From Deinococcales bacterium (GTDB lineage Bacteria; Deinococcota; Deinococci; Deinococcales; JAAFIG01), in the NCBI GenBank assembly GCA_043778225.1, contig JAYWGM010000030.1, positions 1 to 34,852 of the forward strand: a stretch of 34,852 nucleotides of DNA. The letters are read 5' to 3'. The notes beneath the pieces were generated by a model, which worked only from the letters and a program-made list of their open reading frames with translations, was not told the origin of the DNA and ran no database searches. Below are positions 17,663-27,225 of the stretch, one piece after another. Positions within the stretch are counted from its first letter, which is position 1, and every line of letters begins with the position of its first letter. The translations under genes and the position numbers were made by a program.

Positions 17663-18541
17663 ATGAAATCAAATTGGCAAAACGTGATTGGTTTATTGCT
17701 GGTCGCTCCTGTGATGCTGGTGTTGGTGGTCTTAACGGTCATTCCAGCACTCGAGGCGGTGCGTTTTTCCTTGGGTTTTGTACCCGAAGATAACCCTGCT
17801 TATGCTTCAGGTTTGGATTTAATACGTTCCAATTCGGGGTCGCTCGAGGTTTTCAATAAATTATTTGCCAGTTCGTTTTTCTCGAGTAACTTGGCTTTGA
17901 CGTTGCGGGTTTCGTTTGTCACCGTGTTTATTTTGGTGTTGCTGGCGTATCCATTGGCGTTGTATGCACGTTTTGGTTCTGGGCGTTTGGCACAAATCAC
18001 CAAGGCATTGTATTTACTGCCGATGTTTGTTCCAGTGATTATTGCCACTTATGCGCTGATTACCTTTTATGGGGATAACGGTTGGCTCGAGGCAATTTTA
18101 GGGGTCTTTGGCATTGCCTACACGTCTTTAATTCGTCAGGAAGCTGGGATTATCATGGGTCATATCTGGGTGGGGATTCCATTTGCGGTTCTGATGCTAT
18201 CCAGTGGTCTCGAGGGGATTGGTTTTGAGAGCATCGAAGCAGCAAAAGACCAAGGGGCTTCGTTCTGGACGATTTTCTGGCGGATTATTCTGCCAATGAA
18301 CCTCGCGCCACTTTTGATTGTGCTAACTTTTAGTTTTATTGGTGTTTTTGGCAGTTACACCGTGCCATATATGCTTGGGGCAAGTGCGCCACAAATGCTC
18401 GGGGTGAGCATGAGTCTTAATTTTAGTGCTTTTCGGCAACCACAAACGGCAGTGGCAATGGCTGTGATTAGTTTTGCGGTGTGTGCCTTGGCGGGGGCGT
18501 TGTACGTCTGGGCGACCACGCAACGCGGAGCAGGGAAATGA
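17663..18541 (+). CDS. ABC permease (PotB-like)
   Basis: TM helices, LAYPLA, EAA loop (IEAAKDQGAS) and GSYTVPYMLG. Confidence 0.88.
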   Translation: MKSNWQNVIGLLLVAPVMLVLVVLTVIPALEAVRFSLGFVPEDNPAYASGLDLIRSNSGSLEVFNKLFASSFFSSNLALTLRVSFVTVFILVLLAYPLALYARFGSGRLAQITKALYLLPMFVPVIIATYALITFYGDNGWLEAILGVFGIAYTSLIRQEAGIIMGHIWVGIPFAVLMLSSGLEGIGFESIEAAKDQGASFWTIFWRIILPMNLAPLLIVLTFSFIGVFGSYTVPYMLGASAPQMLGVSMSLNFSAFRQPQTAVAMAVISFAVCALAGALYVWATTQRGAGK

Positions 18542-19362
18542 GTTTCTTTTGGTTTTGGCGCAATCCTGCGATGCGAAAAGCCTTTGGGATTTGTTTGCTG
18601 CTGGCATTTGGGGCTTTTTTACTGATGCCGCTTGTCACGCTGTTGCTTTGGGCATTTGCCGATAAATGGTTTTATCCTGCACTTGTACCACAAGAATTTG
18701 GTTTGCGTTGGTGGTCTTGGATTGTGGACAACACCGACTTGTCTAAAGCGGCGGCATATAGTTTTACGATTGCTCCGACGGTTACGGTACTTTCAATGCT
18801 GATTTGCTTACCTGCCGCCTATGCTTTTGCACGATTTGAGTTTCCTCTAAAACGCTTTTTCTATGTTTCGTTGCTGGCTTCTAATGCCTTTCCAAAACTG
18901 GGTTTGTACATTGCGATAGCCGCCATTTTCTTTCGGCTAAATCTAATCGGTACGTTTTGGGGTGTGGTTTTTGTGCAACTGCTGAATACCTTAGTGACCA
19001 TGACGTGGATTCCAGCCGCCGGTTTTGCCAGTGTGCCACGCGAACTCGAGGAGGCAGCCCGGGATTTAGGCGCAAGCCCGTGGCGGGTATTCTTTACAGT
19101 CACGCTACCGATTGCCATGCCCAGTGTGATTGTGGCGGCGATTCTAACTTTCTTAAATTCGCTCGATGAAGCCCAAGCCACGCTTTTAATTGGCTCACCA
19201 AATATCATCACCATGCCTGTACAAATGTACACTTTGGTTGGCAATTATCCAGAGCCTGTCGGGGCAATTTTTAGTGTGCTGCTGACCCTTCCCAGTGTGT
19301 TGTTGTTGCTGGCAGCCCGTAAGTATTTACTCGGTGGTTATATCGCCGCAGGATTTAGGTAA
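18538..19362 (+). CDS. ABC permease (PotC-like)
   Basis: ATGA overlap with the previous gene, PAAYAFAR, EAA loop (LEEAARDLGAS) and FLNSLDE. Confidence 0.88.
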   Translation: MSFFWFWRNPAMRKAFGICLLLAFGAFLLMPLVTLLLWAFADKWFYPALVPQEFGLRWWSWIVDNTDLSKAAAYSFTIAPTVTVLSMLICLPAAYAFARFEFPLKRFFYVSLLASNAFPKLGLYIAIAAIFFRLNLIGTFWGVVFVQLLNTLVTMTWIPAAGFASVPRELEEAARDLGASPWRVFFTVTLPIAMPSVIVAAILTFLNSLDEAQATLLIGSPNIITMPVQMYTLVGNYPEPVGAIFSVLLTLPSVLLLLAARKYLLGGYIAAGFR

Positions 19363-19365
19363 ATT

Positions 19366-20400
19366 ATGACTCCAATTTCTTTTTTGAACATCACTAAAAA
19401 ATACGGTGCAAAAGCCGTGGTCAATAACCTTAACCTCGAGATTGCTGGTGGCGAACTGATCAGTTTACTCGGACCTAGTGGTTGCGGTAAAACCACCAGT
19501 TTGCGAATGCTGGCAGGATTTATCACCCCTGACGGCGGCGACATTAAACTTGGCGGCTCGAGTATTTTGCCGCTTGGCGCTGAACACCGCCCGACCGCCA
19601 TGGTTTTTCAGCGTTACACGCTCTGGGGGCATATGAATGTTTTTCATAATGTTGCCTTTGGGCTTAAATTGCGTAAAATTAGCCAAACCGAAATTAAAAC
19701 CCGAGTTGCCGAAATGCTCGAATTGGTTGGCTTAGCAGGCTACGAAACCCGAATGCCAAGCCAGTTAAGCGGTGGTCAGCAACAACGAATTGCCTTGGCT
19801 CGAGCCTTGGTGGTGCGCCCGCAAGTGCTGTTACTCGACGAACCACTCTCGAGTCTCGATGCACGACTGCGGGTGGCGCTGCGTGATGAAATCAGGGCAA
19901 TCCAGCGTCGGCTTGGCATCACCACGGTCTTTGTGACCCATGACCAAGAAGAAGCACTAGCAATTTCGGACAGGATTGCGGTCATGAACGATGGTTTGCT
20001 GCATCAAGTCGCCTCGCCTTCGTTGTTGTACGCCCAACCCAAAACCTTGTTTGCAGCCCAATTTATTGGCAGTATGAATTTTTTACCTGCCAGAATTCAG
20101 GCTGGCAAACTCGAGGCTGGGGCTTTTGAGCTACCCGTGGATTTACCAGATGGCGATGTGACCCTTGCGATTCGACCCGAAGACTTGGTGTTTTCAGAAA
20201 ATGGCGTACCTGCCGAGATTGAACAAATTTCCGAGCTTGGGCATTACCGTTCACTCGAGGTTCGGGTTGGGCAGCAGAAACTGGTGGTATTTGCGGCTCG
20301 AGGCGCAACCAACACCAGCAACCTCCGTCTGACTCGAGCCGTGATTTACCAAAAAGACCAATTTGTTGGAGAGTGGAATGCAACAAAGGCGGTGGCTTAA
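19366..20400 (+). CDS. ABC transporter ATP-binding protein (PotA-like, TOBE domain)
   Basis: GPSGCGKT, LSGGQQQR, LLLDEP, VTHDQEEA and IRPED. Confidence 0.95.
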   Translation: MTPISFLNITKKYGAKAVVNNLNLEIAGGELISLLGPSGCGKTTSLRMLAGFITPDGGDIKLGGSSILPLGAEHRPTAMVFQRYTLWGHMNVFHNVAFGLKLRKISQTEIKTRVAEMLELVGLAGYETRMPSQLSGGQQQRIALARALVVRPQVLLLDEPLSSLDARLRVALRDEIRAIQRRLGITTVFVTHDQEEALAISDRIAVMNDGLLHQVASPSLLYAQPKTLFAAQFIGSMNFLPARIQAGKLEAGAFELPVDLPDGDVTLAIRPEDLVFSENGVPAEIEQISELGHYRSLEVRVGQQKLVVFAARGATNTSNLRLTRAVIYQKDQFVGEWNATKAVA

Positions 20401-20401
20401 A

Positions 20402-21118
20402 ATGGCTTTAACAGCGCATCTCGAGAATATCATTATGCAGCGTGGCTACCTTCGCAGCGCTCACCGTGGCGCACCAAGTTTTGCCGATGGCAACACCGAT
20501 GCGGCGGTTCTGGCAGCCCTGCAACATCATCCAGATTTAATTGAAATTGATGTTCATAGCTCGTCCGATGGTCAGATTGTTTTGTGGCACGATGACGATG
20601 TAAAAACCAGTGGTCAGCGCCTAAAAATTGCTGAGACTAAGCTCGAGGTACTGCGTGAACTGCGTTTTAAGGACAATGCCAAAATTATTACACTCGAGGA
20701 AGCGCTGGAAATCACCGATGGTCAAGCGGGATTGCTGATTGACTTAAAAGCCAAGCACCTCGAGCATAAAATAACCGAGATTTTGCAGCAGCATCATGCC
20801 GAGAATGCCGTGGTTTGTGGCGGATATATCTCGAGCCTAAAAGCCTTTCAAGCTTTCGGGATTAAAGTTTCGTACACCCCAGACCCTGTGCAAGATATTT
20901 TTTGGCAACGCCGCCAAGAACTCTGGACTTGGGATGCGATGACGGTGCATCATCGTACCGTTTCAAAAGCCTTATTAACTCGAGCCGAAGCGGTTGGAAT
21001 GCGCGTGATTGCTTGGACAGTAGACGATGCCAAACGAATGCAGGAATTGATAACGCTGGGTATTCATGGCATCACCACCAATAAAATTGAAATGTTGAGC
21101 GCTTTGGAGGTCGTATGA
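20402..21118 (+). CDS. glycerophosphodiester phosphodiesterase (GDPD/UgpQ-like)
   Basis: AHRGA, IEIDV..SSDG..VLWHD, IDLK, AWTVDD and GITTN. Confidence 0.9.
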   Translation: MALTAHLENIIMQRGYLRSAHRGAPSFADGNTDAAVLAALQHHPDLIEIDVHSSSDGQIVLWHDDDVKTSGQRLKIAETKLEVLRELRFKDNAKIITLEEALEITDGQAGLLIDLKAKHLEHKITEILQQHHAENAVVCGGYISSLKAFQAFGIKVSYTPDPVQDIFWQRRQELWTWDAMTVHHRTVSKALLTRAEAVGMRVIAWTVDDAKRMQELITLGIHGITTNKIEMLSALEVV

Positions 21119-22464
21119 ATTTTACTGGCACAGTTTCACCAAGCACACTCGCGCCGTATATCAATCACGAATTTCTTGTTCCAAACGGCACTAAACGAGT
21201 TCGCATAACCCTCGAGTACAACAAACCTGGAATTTGCCAATTGTACTTATCGGTTTTTGCTCCAAACGGCTACCGAGGCTCGAGAATGTTGCCAGCCGCA
21301 ATTGGCTTGGTCAGCCTCAAGTTGGATTTAAGTGCTGGGCTTGCTTCGCTGGGTGGGATTAAAGGCGAGATTGTACCGGGGACTTGGCGGGCGCAACTGG
21401 ATTTGGAACGCACCGCGTATACGGTAGATTATGCTTTGCGAATCGAGTTTTTTGAGGTTGAACCAGAAGCACACAAAGTACCTCAAAACTCCGAGGTGGT
21501 AATTAAGAACATGGCTGGTTGGTACAAAGGCGAATTGCACAGCCACAGCCATCACTCTGACGGACGCACCAGTGTCAGCGAATTGGTAGCTTCGGCTCGG
21601 CATTATGGCTTAGATTTTTTAAGTCTCACCGATCATTTTACCACGGCTGGCTGGGAAGAATTGGCTGCCTTACAAACACCAGATTTATGTTTAATTCGTG
21701 GTCTCGAGATTACAGGGCATCGGGGTCATGCCAATTTGCACGGTTTAGAAGAATGGATTAACCCTTTTGTGGACGAACCAGAATCTTGGAGTATCAATCA
21801 TGCAGCCCAAGAAATCCATGCTCAGAACGGATTATTTTGTGTCAATCATGCGTTTTCGCTCGATTTGGGATGGCGTTACCACGAATTTGACTGGAATAAC
21901 TGCGACCTGCTCGAGATTTATCATCATCAAGAAGGCGAGGACAACACCCGCCAACTTGGTCTGTGGGATGAATTATTGCGCTCGGGTAAACGCATTACGG
22001 GCGTGGCTGGCACAGATTCGCATGACCCTTTTCGTGGGCGGCACCGCCTTGGGCAAGTCTTTACGGTGGTCTATGCGGCGGCTCTCGAGTCCAGTGCGAT
22101 CCTGACTGGACTTCGCCAAGGTGCAGCCTATGTCACGCTAGGACCAAGCCTGAGTTTTACTGCCAGCAGTGCAACCCAAACGGCTGGAATGGGCGAAACA
22201 CTCGAGGTCAATGATGCAGTGCGTTTGAAGATCGAAATCGGTCATCTCGAGCAACCAGCCCGATTGGTGATTCTGAAAAACGGTTGGTATTTTAAGCACT
22301 TGGACTTAGCTGCTAAAGACCACAGTATTCAACTCGAGGACATCGAACCAATCAAAGGCTATTACCGCCTCGAAATTTTTGCTCGAGAATCACAAAACAC
22401 GCTTGGTTCAGGGCGAAATTGGGCGCAAACCCTGTGTTTATCCAATCCGATTTTTATGCAGTAA
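21115..22464 (+). CDS. PHP-domain metallohydrolase (CehA/McbA-like)
   Basis: WYKGELHSHSHHSDG, LTDH, GLE, GHAN, VNH, GTDSH and C-terminal SNPI. Confidence 0.85.
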   Translation: MNFTGTVSPSTLAPYINHEFLVPNGTKRVRITLEYNKPGICQLYLSVFAPNGYRGSRMLPAAIGLVSLKLDLSAGLASLGGIKGEIVPGTWRAQLDLERTAYTVDYALRIEFFEVEPEAHKVPQNSEVVIKNMAGWYKGELHSHSHHSDGRTSVSELVASARHYGLDFLSLTDHFTTAGWEELAALQTPDLCLIRGLEITGHRGHANLHGLEEWINPFVDEPESWSINHAAQEIHAQNGLFCVNHAFSLDLGWRYHEFDWNNCDLLEIYHHQEGEDNTRQLGLWDELLRSGKRITGVAGTDSHDPFRGRHRLGQVFTVVYAAALESSAILTGLRQGAAYVTLGPSLSFTASSATQTAGMGETLEVNDAVRLKIEIGHLEQPARLVILKNGWYFKHLDLAAKDHSIQLEDIEPIKGYYRLEIFARESQNTLGSGRNWAQTLCLSNPIFMQ

Positions 22465-22471
22465 ATAACGC

Positions 22472-23452
22472 CTAAAAAACCATTGGGTGTAACACTTCTA
22501 AAAATGCTTGGTCACCAATCTTTTGATGATGACATGGCGCTACAATTCGGGTTGTTCCGACTCGCCAAATACCTGAGTAAAATCCTCGAGTTGGCGTGAT
22601 TTGCTCCAAAATAGCTGGAATACCAACCTGAGCAATTTTTGCATCTTCCCAACGCCAAGCCAGCGTCCATTTTCCATCGGCAGCATCCACCCGAAAAGAA
22701 GTGCTGTCTACATTAGCAAATCCGCGCATCACATCAAGCTCGAGTTCATTCAACCGACCCAATGCCCGAGCCGCACCTAAACTCGAGGGATGACGATAAA
22801 CCTGTTCTGGCGTGCCGGTTTGCAAAATTTTGCCTTGCCCTAGCACAATTAAACGGTCAGCTACTGCAAAGGCTTCGTCGGGGTCGTGGGTCACGTGTAA
22901 GGCACTGCGTCCAGCCTGACGAATCAGACGGGCAACATCGGCGCGTAAACTTTCGCGCAAGATTGGATCAAGGGCGCTGTACGGCTCGTCGAGCAGAATA
23001 AGGGCTGGATTGACTGCCAAGGCTCGAGCTATCGCCACCCGTTGGCGTTGTCCGCCGGATAACCGCTCGGGGCGAGTGCTTTCAAAACCAGATAAACCAA
23101 CGGTATTCAGTAATTCTTTGGCGGTACGTTCTGGATTTTTTTGTTTTTGCATCACCAAGGTTAAGTTTTGCAAAGCATTCAAGTGGGGCATTAAGGCATA
23201 ATCTTGAAAAACATAGCCCAACCCTCGAGCTTCTGGCGGTAAAAGATTAGCAAGCCGCCCGCCAATCAGTAACTGCCCAGCATCAGGCGGGAACAACCCT
23301 GCAATCAGGCGCAACAATGTGGTTTTGCCACTGCCAGATGCACCCAGCAGCGCCACGATTTCGCCATTTTCGACGGTTAAATCAAGTTGCTCGAGAATTG
23401 TTTTTGTTCCAAAGCGCTTGGTGATTTGCTGCATTTCTAAGGCTTTGCTCAT
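22472..23452 (-). CDS. ABC transporter ATP-binding protein (FbpC/AfuC-like)
   Basis: GASGSGKT, VFQDYAL, LSGGQRQR, LLDEP and VTHDPDEA. Confidence 0.93.
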   Translation of the reverse strand: MSKALEMQQITKRFGTKTILEQLDLTVENGEIVALLGASGSGKTTLLRLIAGLFPPDAGQLLIGGRLANLLPPEARGLGYVFQDYALMPHLNALQNLTLVMQKQKNPERTAKELLNTVGLSGFESTRPERLSGGQRQRVAIARALAVNPALILLDEPYSALDPILRESLRADVARLIRQAGRSALHVTHDPDEAFAVADRLIVLGQGKILQTGTPEQVYRHPSSLGAARALGRLNELELDVMRGFANVDSTSFRVDAADGKWTLAWRWEDAKIAQVGIPAILEQITPTRGFYSGIWRVGTTRIVAPCHHQKIGDQAFLEVLHPMVF

Positions 23453-24939
23453 TTTTGCCTCGAGAGTAATAATGTCGGTAAGGACAGAACAATCAGCACG
23501 GTTGCCACTGCCGCCGCCGCTCGTAAATTACCTTCGTTCAGTAAGCCCAGCACTGCCACGCCAATGGTTTCTGCGCCTGGTGCATATAAAATACTCGAGA
23601 GTGTGATTTCGGCAAGCGCAAGTGGGTAAACCGTCATGACCGAAGCAATTAAATAGGGTTGTAGAAGCGGCAGCACCACCCGTCTAAAGGCAGTGCTGCG
23701 CGGTACACCATGAACTCGAGCCGCGAATTCTAAGGCATCGCCCCGAGCCTCCAAGCCACCTCTGGCACTTTGTAGACTTGGGGTCAAAAAACGCAGCGCG
23801 TAGGCTGCCAGTAAAATCCAAGGGGTCGCATAAAAACCACTAACGCCACCATAAGCCAAAATAAAGCCCAGTGCCAGAATTGTTCCCGGTAACAAGTACG
23901 TTAGGGCAATCGCACGGTTGAGCCATGCAATCAGTCGGCTCGAGCGTTCGGTGTACGCCAATAACAACCCTAATCCAGCCGTTAAAAAAGCTGCACTAAT
24001 GGCTAATAACAAACTGTTCTTAAAACCATTTTGGACTTGAGTTAAACCAAAAGCCAATTGGTAATGCTCCAAAGTTACGCCACTTGTATACGCTGGCTTG
24101 AATGCCAAAAAAGCAATGCTGCACAACGGAATAATACTCGAGACTGCAAACCAAATGCCAACTGCGACCCAAGCCAATTTTTGCCCTTGGGCGGCGCGTT
24201 CGCCCAGACTAGGCGCAGTATTGGTATCGCCAGAACGCAGCGCCAGCGCAGGCAAAGCAATCAAGCACAACAGCACCGCCACTCCACTGGCAGCCGAAAG
24301 CGGATTATCCAACGTGGGATTGAGTAAACGCGCATAAGCAAGTGTAGCCAAGGTGTAGACCTTAGCGGGAAAACCCATGATGGCGGGTACACCAAAATTA
24401 CCAAGCAGGGTTAAAGCCAGCAGCACCGCCGCCGCAACCAGCCCTGGACGAGCCAACGGCAGTGTTACCAAGCGCAGCGTGGCAAAAGCATTCAAGCCAT
24501 GAACCCGAGCCGCTTGGCTATAACTGGCACTTTGCGACTCGAGACTGGCACGAATTAAAATATATGCCAAAGGCGTGTAATGCGTTGTCCAAGCCAGTAG
24601 AATTCCTGTCCAGCCGTACAAATTAATAATCACATTACCCGTAATCGGATTTCCTGCACCCAGCGCCGCCAACCACGCCGTTGCTCCGATAAACGGTGGC
24701 ACGAGGTACGGCAAGAAAATTGCAATATCTAGCCAGCGCGGTAACTGCGCCTCAAAAACCAGCAGCGCAAGACCACCGCCCAAAACCAAGCAAAAAAGTG
24801 TTCCCAAACCAACCAAAGCAAACGTTGTTGTCACCACTTCAAATTCCTGCCAAGGCACAACACTCAGCCCTCGAGTCAGCACCAAACCGATTGGGAATAA
24901 CGCTGCAATCGCCAGTACAACCGCTAACACCTTAGTCAT
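23449..24939 (-). CDS. fused two-domain ABC permease (FbpB/AfuB-like)
   Basis: Two EAA loops (SQAARVHG, EFAARVHG), PPFIGA and GNFGVP. Confidence 0.9.
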   Translation of the reverse strand: MTKVLAVVLAIAALFPIGLVLTRGLSVVPWQEFEVVTTTFALVGLGTLFCLVLGGGLALLVFEAQLPRWLDIAIFLPYLVPPFIGATAWLAALGAGNPITGNVIINLYGWTGILLAWTTHYTPLAYILIRASLESQSASYSQAARVHGLNAFATLRLVTLPLARPGLVAAAVLLALTLLGNFGVPAIMGFPAKVYTLATLAYARLLNPTLDNPLSAASGVAVLLCLIALPALALRSGDTNTAPSLGERAAQGQKLAWVAVGIWFAVSSIIPLCSIAFLAFKPAYTSGVTLEHYQLAFGLTQVQNGFKNSLLLAISAAFLTAGLGLLLAYTERSSRLIAWLNRAIALTYLLPGTILALGFILAYGGVSGFYATPWILLAAYALRFLTPSLQSARGGLEARGDALEFAARVHGVPRSTAFRRVVLPLLQPYLIASVMTVYPLALAEITLSSILYAPGAETIGVAVLGLLNEGNLRAAAAVATVLIVLSLPTLLLSRQK

Positions 24940-24942
24940 TGG

Positions 24943-25062
24943 GTCTCTCCCACCTACATTTTAGATTTTTCAAAAAGCGGCAAATCTGTCACTTCGGTGG
25001 GAGAGACTTTTCCCTACTCCTGTTAGTCGGAAGTTTTTTAGCAAAAGACACTAAAAAACTTC
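24943..25062 (-). promoter_or_regulatory. two perfect 12-bp hairpins between SBP and permease; one sequesters the permease RBS
   Basis: GTCTCTCCCACC 24943-24954 pairs with GGTGGGAGAGAC 24996-25007; GAAGTTTTTTAG 25030-25041 pairs with CTAAAAAACTTC 25051-25062. Confidence 0.7.
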
Positions 25063-25072
25063 GGGATTATTT

Positions 25073-26041
25073 CTATTTCAAATCGAATAACTTGCTAAAC
25101 CGCTCACCGAGTTCAGCCTTGTTGCTGGCAATAAACGCCGAGGCACTGGTCATGGTATTGAACTTAGCAGGCACTCCGACTGGGCGGGTTGCACCACTGA
25201 CCACTGGCATATAGTTTTGTTTGACAAATAAATCTTGGGCTGGTTTGCTGTACAAGAATTTTAGGAAATCTCGAGCCAATTCACTTTGCTTACTGGTCTT
25301 TAGCACCCCAATTGGGGTTGGTACAAGAATTGCACCCTCGATAGGATAAATCACTTCGAGCGGTGCGCCTTTTAACTTCTCGGCACGCAAATTAAAATCG
25401 GTAGTGATTGCCACGCCGTACTCACCGTTAATCAGCTTGGTAATCGTAATTGGATTACTCTGCTCGATTTTCAGCCCATTGTTTTTTAAGCCCTCAAAGA
25501 AACTCCAACTGTACTTATTGACCAGTGTTCCTACTGTCGAAAGCGCCGCGCCACTAAAAAGCGGATTCGGCATGACCAACAAGTTTTTATACTCTGCTTT
25601 ACTTAAATCCTTGTAACCACGCGGTAAAACACTGACTTTTTTGGTATTCACACCCAGCACGTTGTACAACAAACGCGCTTCGTAGTATTTGCCGCCTTCG
25701 TAGACACTGGTGGCTGGAACACCCGTAAAGGTCGGGGCAACTCGAGCCAAACGATCCTTAACACTTAAACTCTGAAAATAGGTTTGGTCAGCTACCCAAA
25801 GTAAATCGGCTTGTGGATTGTTCGCCGCAAATTCCGCCTCGAGTTTGGCGGTTACTTCGCCAGTACCAGAACGAAATAAACGCACATCTACACTCGGGTT
25901 TTGGCTTTTAAACAAATCAATATGTTGTTGCACATTGGCTTGGGTTTCGGAAGTATAAAGCGTTAAAACCTTTTGTTGTTGCGCTAGACTCGAGACCGAA
26001 ACAACCAAGAACGCCCCACCAAGAAAAAAGAGTTTATTCAT
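25073..26041 (-). CDS. ABC substrate-binding protein (FbpA/AfuA-like family; ligand uncertain)
   Basis: Signal peptide, LYTS, RSGTGEV, ADLLW, PNPLFSGA and IYPIEG. TATCAT lies 6 nt upstream of the ATG (leaderless-type). Confidence 0.88.
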   Translation of the reverse strand: MNKLFFLGGAFLVVSVSSLAQQQKVLTLYTSETQANVQQHIDLFKSQNPSVDVRLFRSGTGEVTAKLEAEFAANNPQADLLWVADQTYFQSLSVKDRLARVAPTFTGVPATSVYEGGKYYEARLLYNVLGVNTKKVSVLPRGYKDLSKAEYKNLLVMPNPLFSGAALSTVGTLVNKYSWSFFEGLKNNGLKIEQSNPITITKLINGEYGVAITTDFNLRAEKLKGAPLEVIYPIEGAILVPTPIGVLKTSKQSELARDFLKFLYSKPAQDLFVKQNYMPVVSGATRPVGVPAKFNTMTSASAFIASNKAELGERFSKLFDLK

Positions 26042-26147
26042 GGCAGCATGATAATAAGAAATTTATCAGCTAACTGTCAGGAACACCAAAAAATCATGTC
26101 ATGAAAAGCTGACAATTGCGCGTCATAATGTTTTATGGAGGTCATCG

Positions 26148-27212
26148 TTGAATAAAATTCTTGCTCCGATAGTCACAGGCTTACTGGTTTTAGGTGTCGG
26201 TTACTTAATTTTTACGTCGGCTAGTCAACAATTATCTGGTCCAATTAAATTACGTGGTGCTGTAGGTTCGGAAAAAGAAGCGTTTTTTGCTGACCCCGAA
26301 TTGCAACAAGTGCTCAAAGATAAGGGTTTTAGTATAGAAATAGTCAAAGCTGGCTCGAGAAGTATTGCCACCACCTTTGATTTAACTGGTTTTGATTTTG
26401 CTTTCCCTGCTGGCTCGGCAAGTGCCAGTAAGCTCAAAAAAGACCGCAATGTCGCCACCAATTACGATGTTTTTTATAGCCCGATGGTGATTGCGACTTG
26501 GAAAACCATCTCGAGTATTTTAATTGCCAACAACGTTGCAAGCAATAAAGGCAAGTTTGACGAGTTAAACCTAACCGCTTTTCTCGAGTTGTTCAAAGCC
26601 GGTAAGCGCTGGTCAGACCTGAAAAATAGTGCTGATTATGATGTTTCTAAACCAGTTTTAATCAACACCACCGATGTTCGCAGCAGCAACAGCGCCGCCC
26701 AATACTTGGGCTTAGTCAGTTACATTCTGAACAACAAAAGTATTGTCTCGAGTAATGCCGAAATAACCACGGTTTTAGCCACAGCCACGGCGCTTTTTGC
26801 CAAACAAGGTTTTCAGGAATCCTCGAGTGCGGGTCCTTTTGAAGATTATTTCCTGATTGGCATGGGGAAATCGCCGCTTGTCTTTATTTATGAATCGCAA
26901 TTTCTCGAGAAAGTGGTGCAAAAAGTCTTGCGTCCCGAAATGCGTTTGATGTATCCAAGCCCGACTATTTTTACCAAGCATATTCTGGTGCCGTTAAGTG
27001 CCAATGGCATTAAACTTGGCGAACTGATGACCACCGATTTGAATGTTCAACGCATCGCTGCTAAGTACGGGTTTAGACCCAATAACCAAACCAGTTTTGC
27101 GGCTGCTGTGCAGCAGTATGCCTTGCCGATTAAGGACAACATTGTGAATGTGGTGGATGCACCCAGTTTTGAAATTTTGGAAAGCATGATTATGCAAATC
27201 GAGAAGCGCTAA
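26148..27212 (+). CDS. membrane-anchored solute-binding-like protein of a TelA/vWA locus
   Basis: RBS GGAGG with TTG start, N-terminal TM helix, GSEK..FF.D, FDFAFP, FYSPMVIA, SSNSA, YESQ and GFR motifs of a periplasmic-binding-like fold. Confidence 0.75.
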   Translation: MNKILAPIVTGLLVLGVGYLIFTSASQQLSGPIKLRGAVGSEKEAFFADPELQQVLKDKGFSIEIVKAGSRSIATTFDLTGFDFAFPAGSASASKLKKDRNVATNYDVFYSPMVIATWKTISSILIANNVASNKGKFDELNLTAFLELFKAGKRWSDLKNSADYDVSKPVLINTTDVRSSNSAAQYLGLVSYILNNKSIVSSNAEITTVLATATALFAKQGFQESSSAGPFEDYFLIGMGKSPLVFIYESQFLEKVVQKVLRPEMRLMYPSPTIFTKHILVPLSANGIKLGELMTTDLNVQRIAAKYGFRPNNQTSFAAAVQQYALPIKDNIVNVVDAPSFEILESMIMQIEKR

Positions 27213-27225
27213 AAGGAGAATTACC

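Noticed and set aside
24939..25214. 91-aa plus-strand ORF, or a TPP/cobalamin riboswitch in the SBP-permease spacer
   Set aside because: The ORF is antisense with no RBS, and I could not find the conserved TPP or cobalamin motifs.
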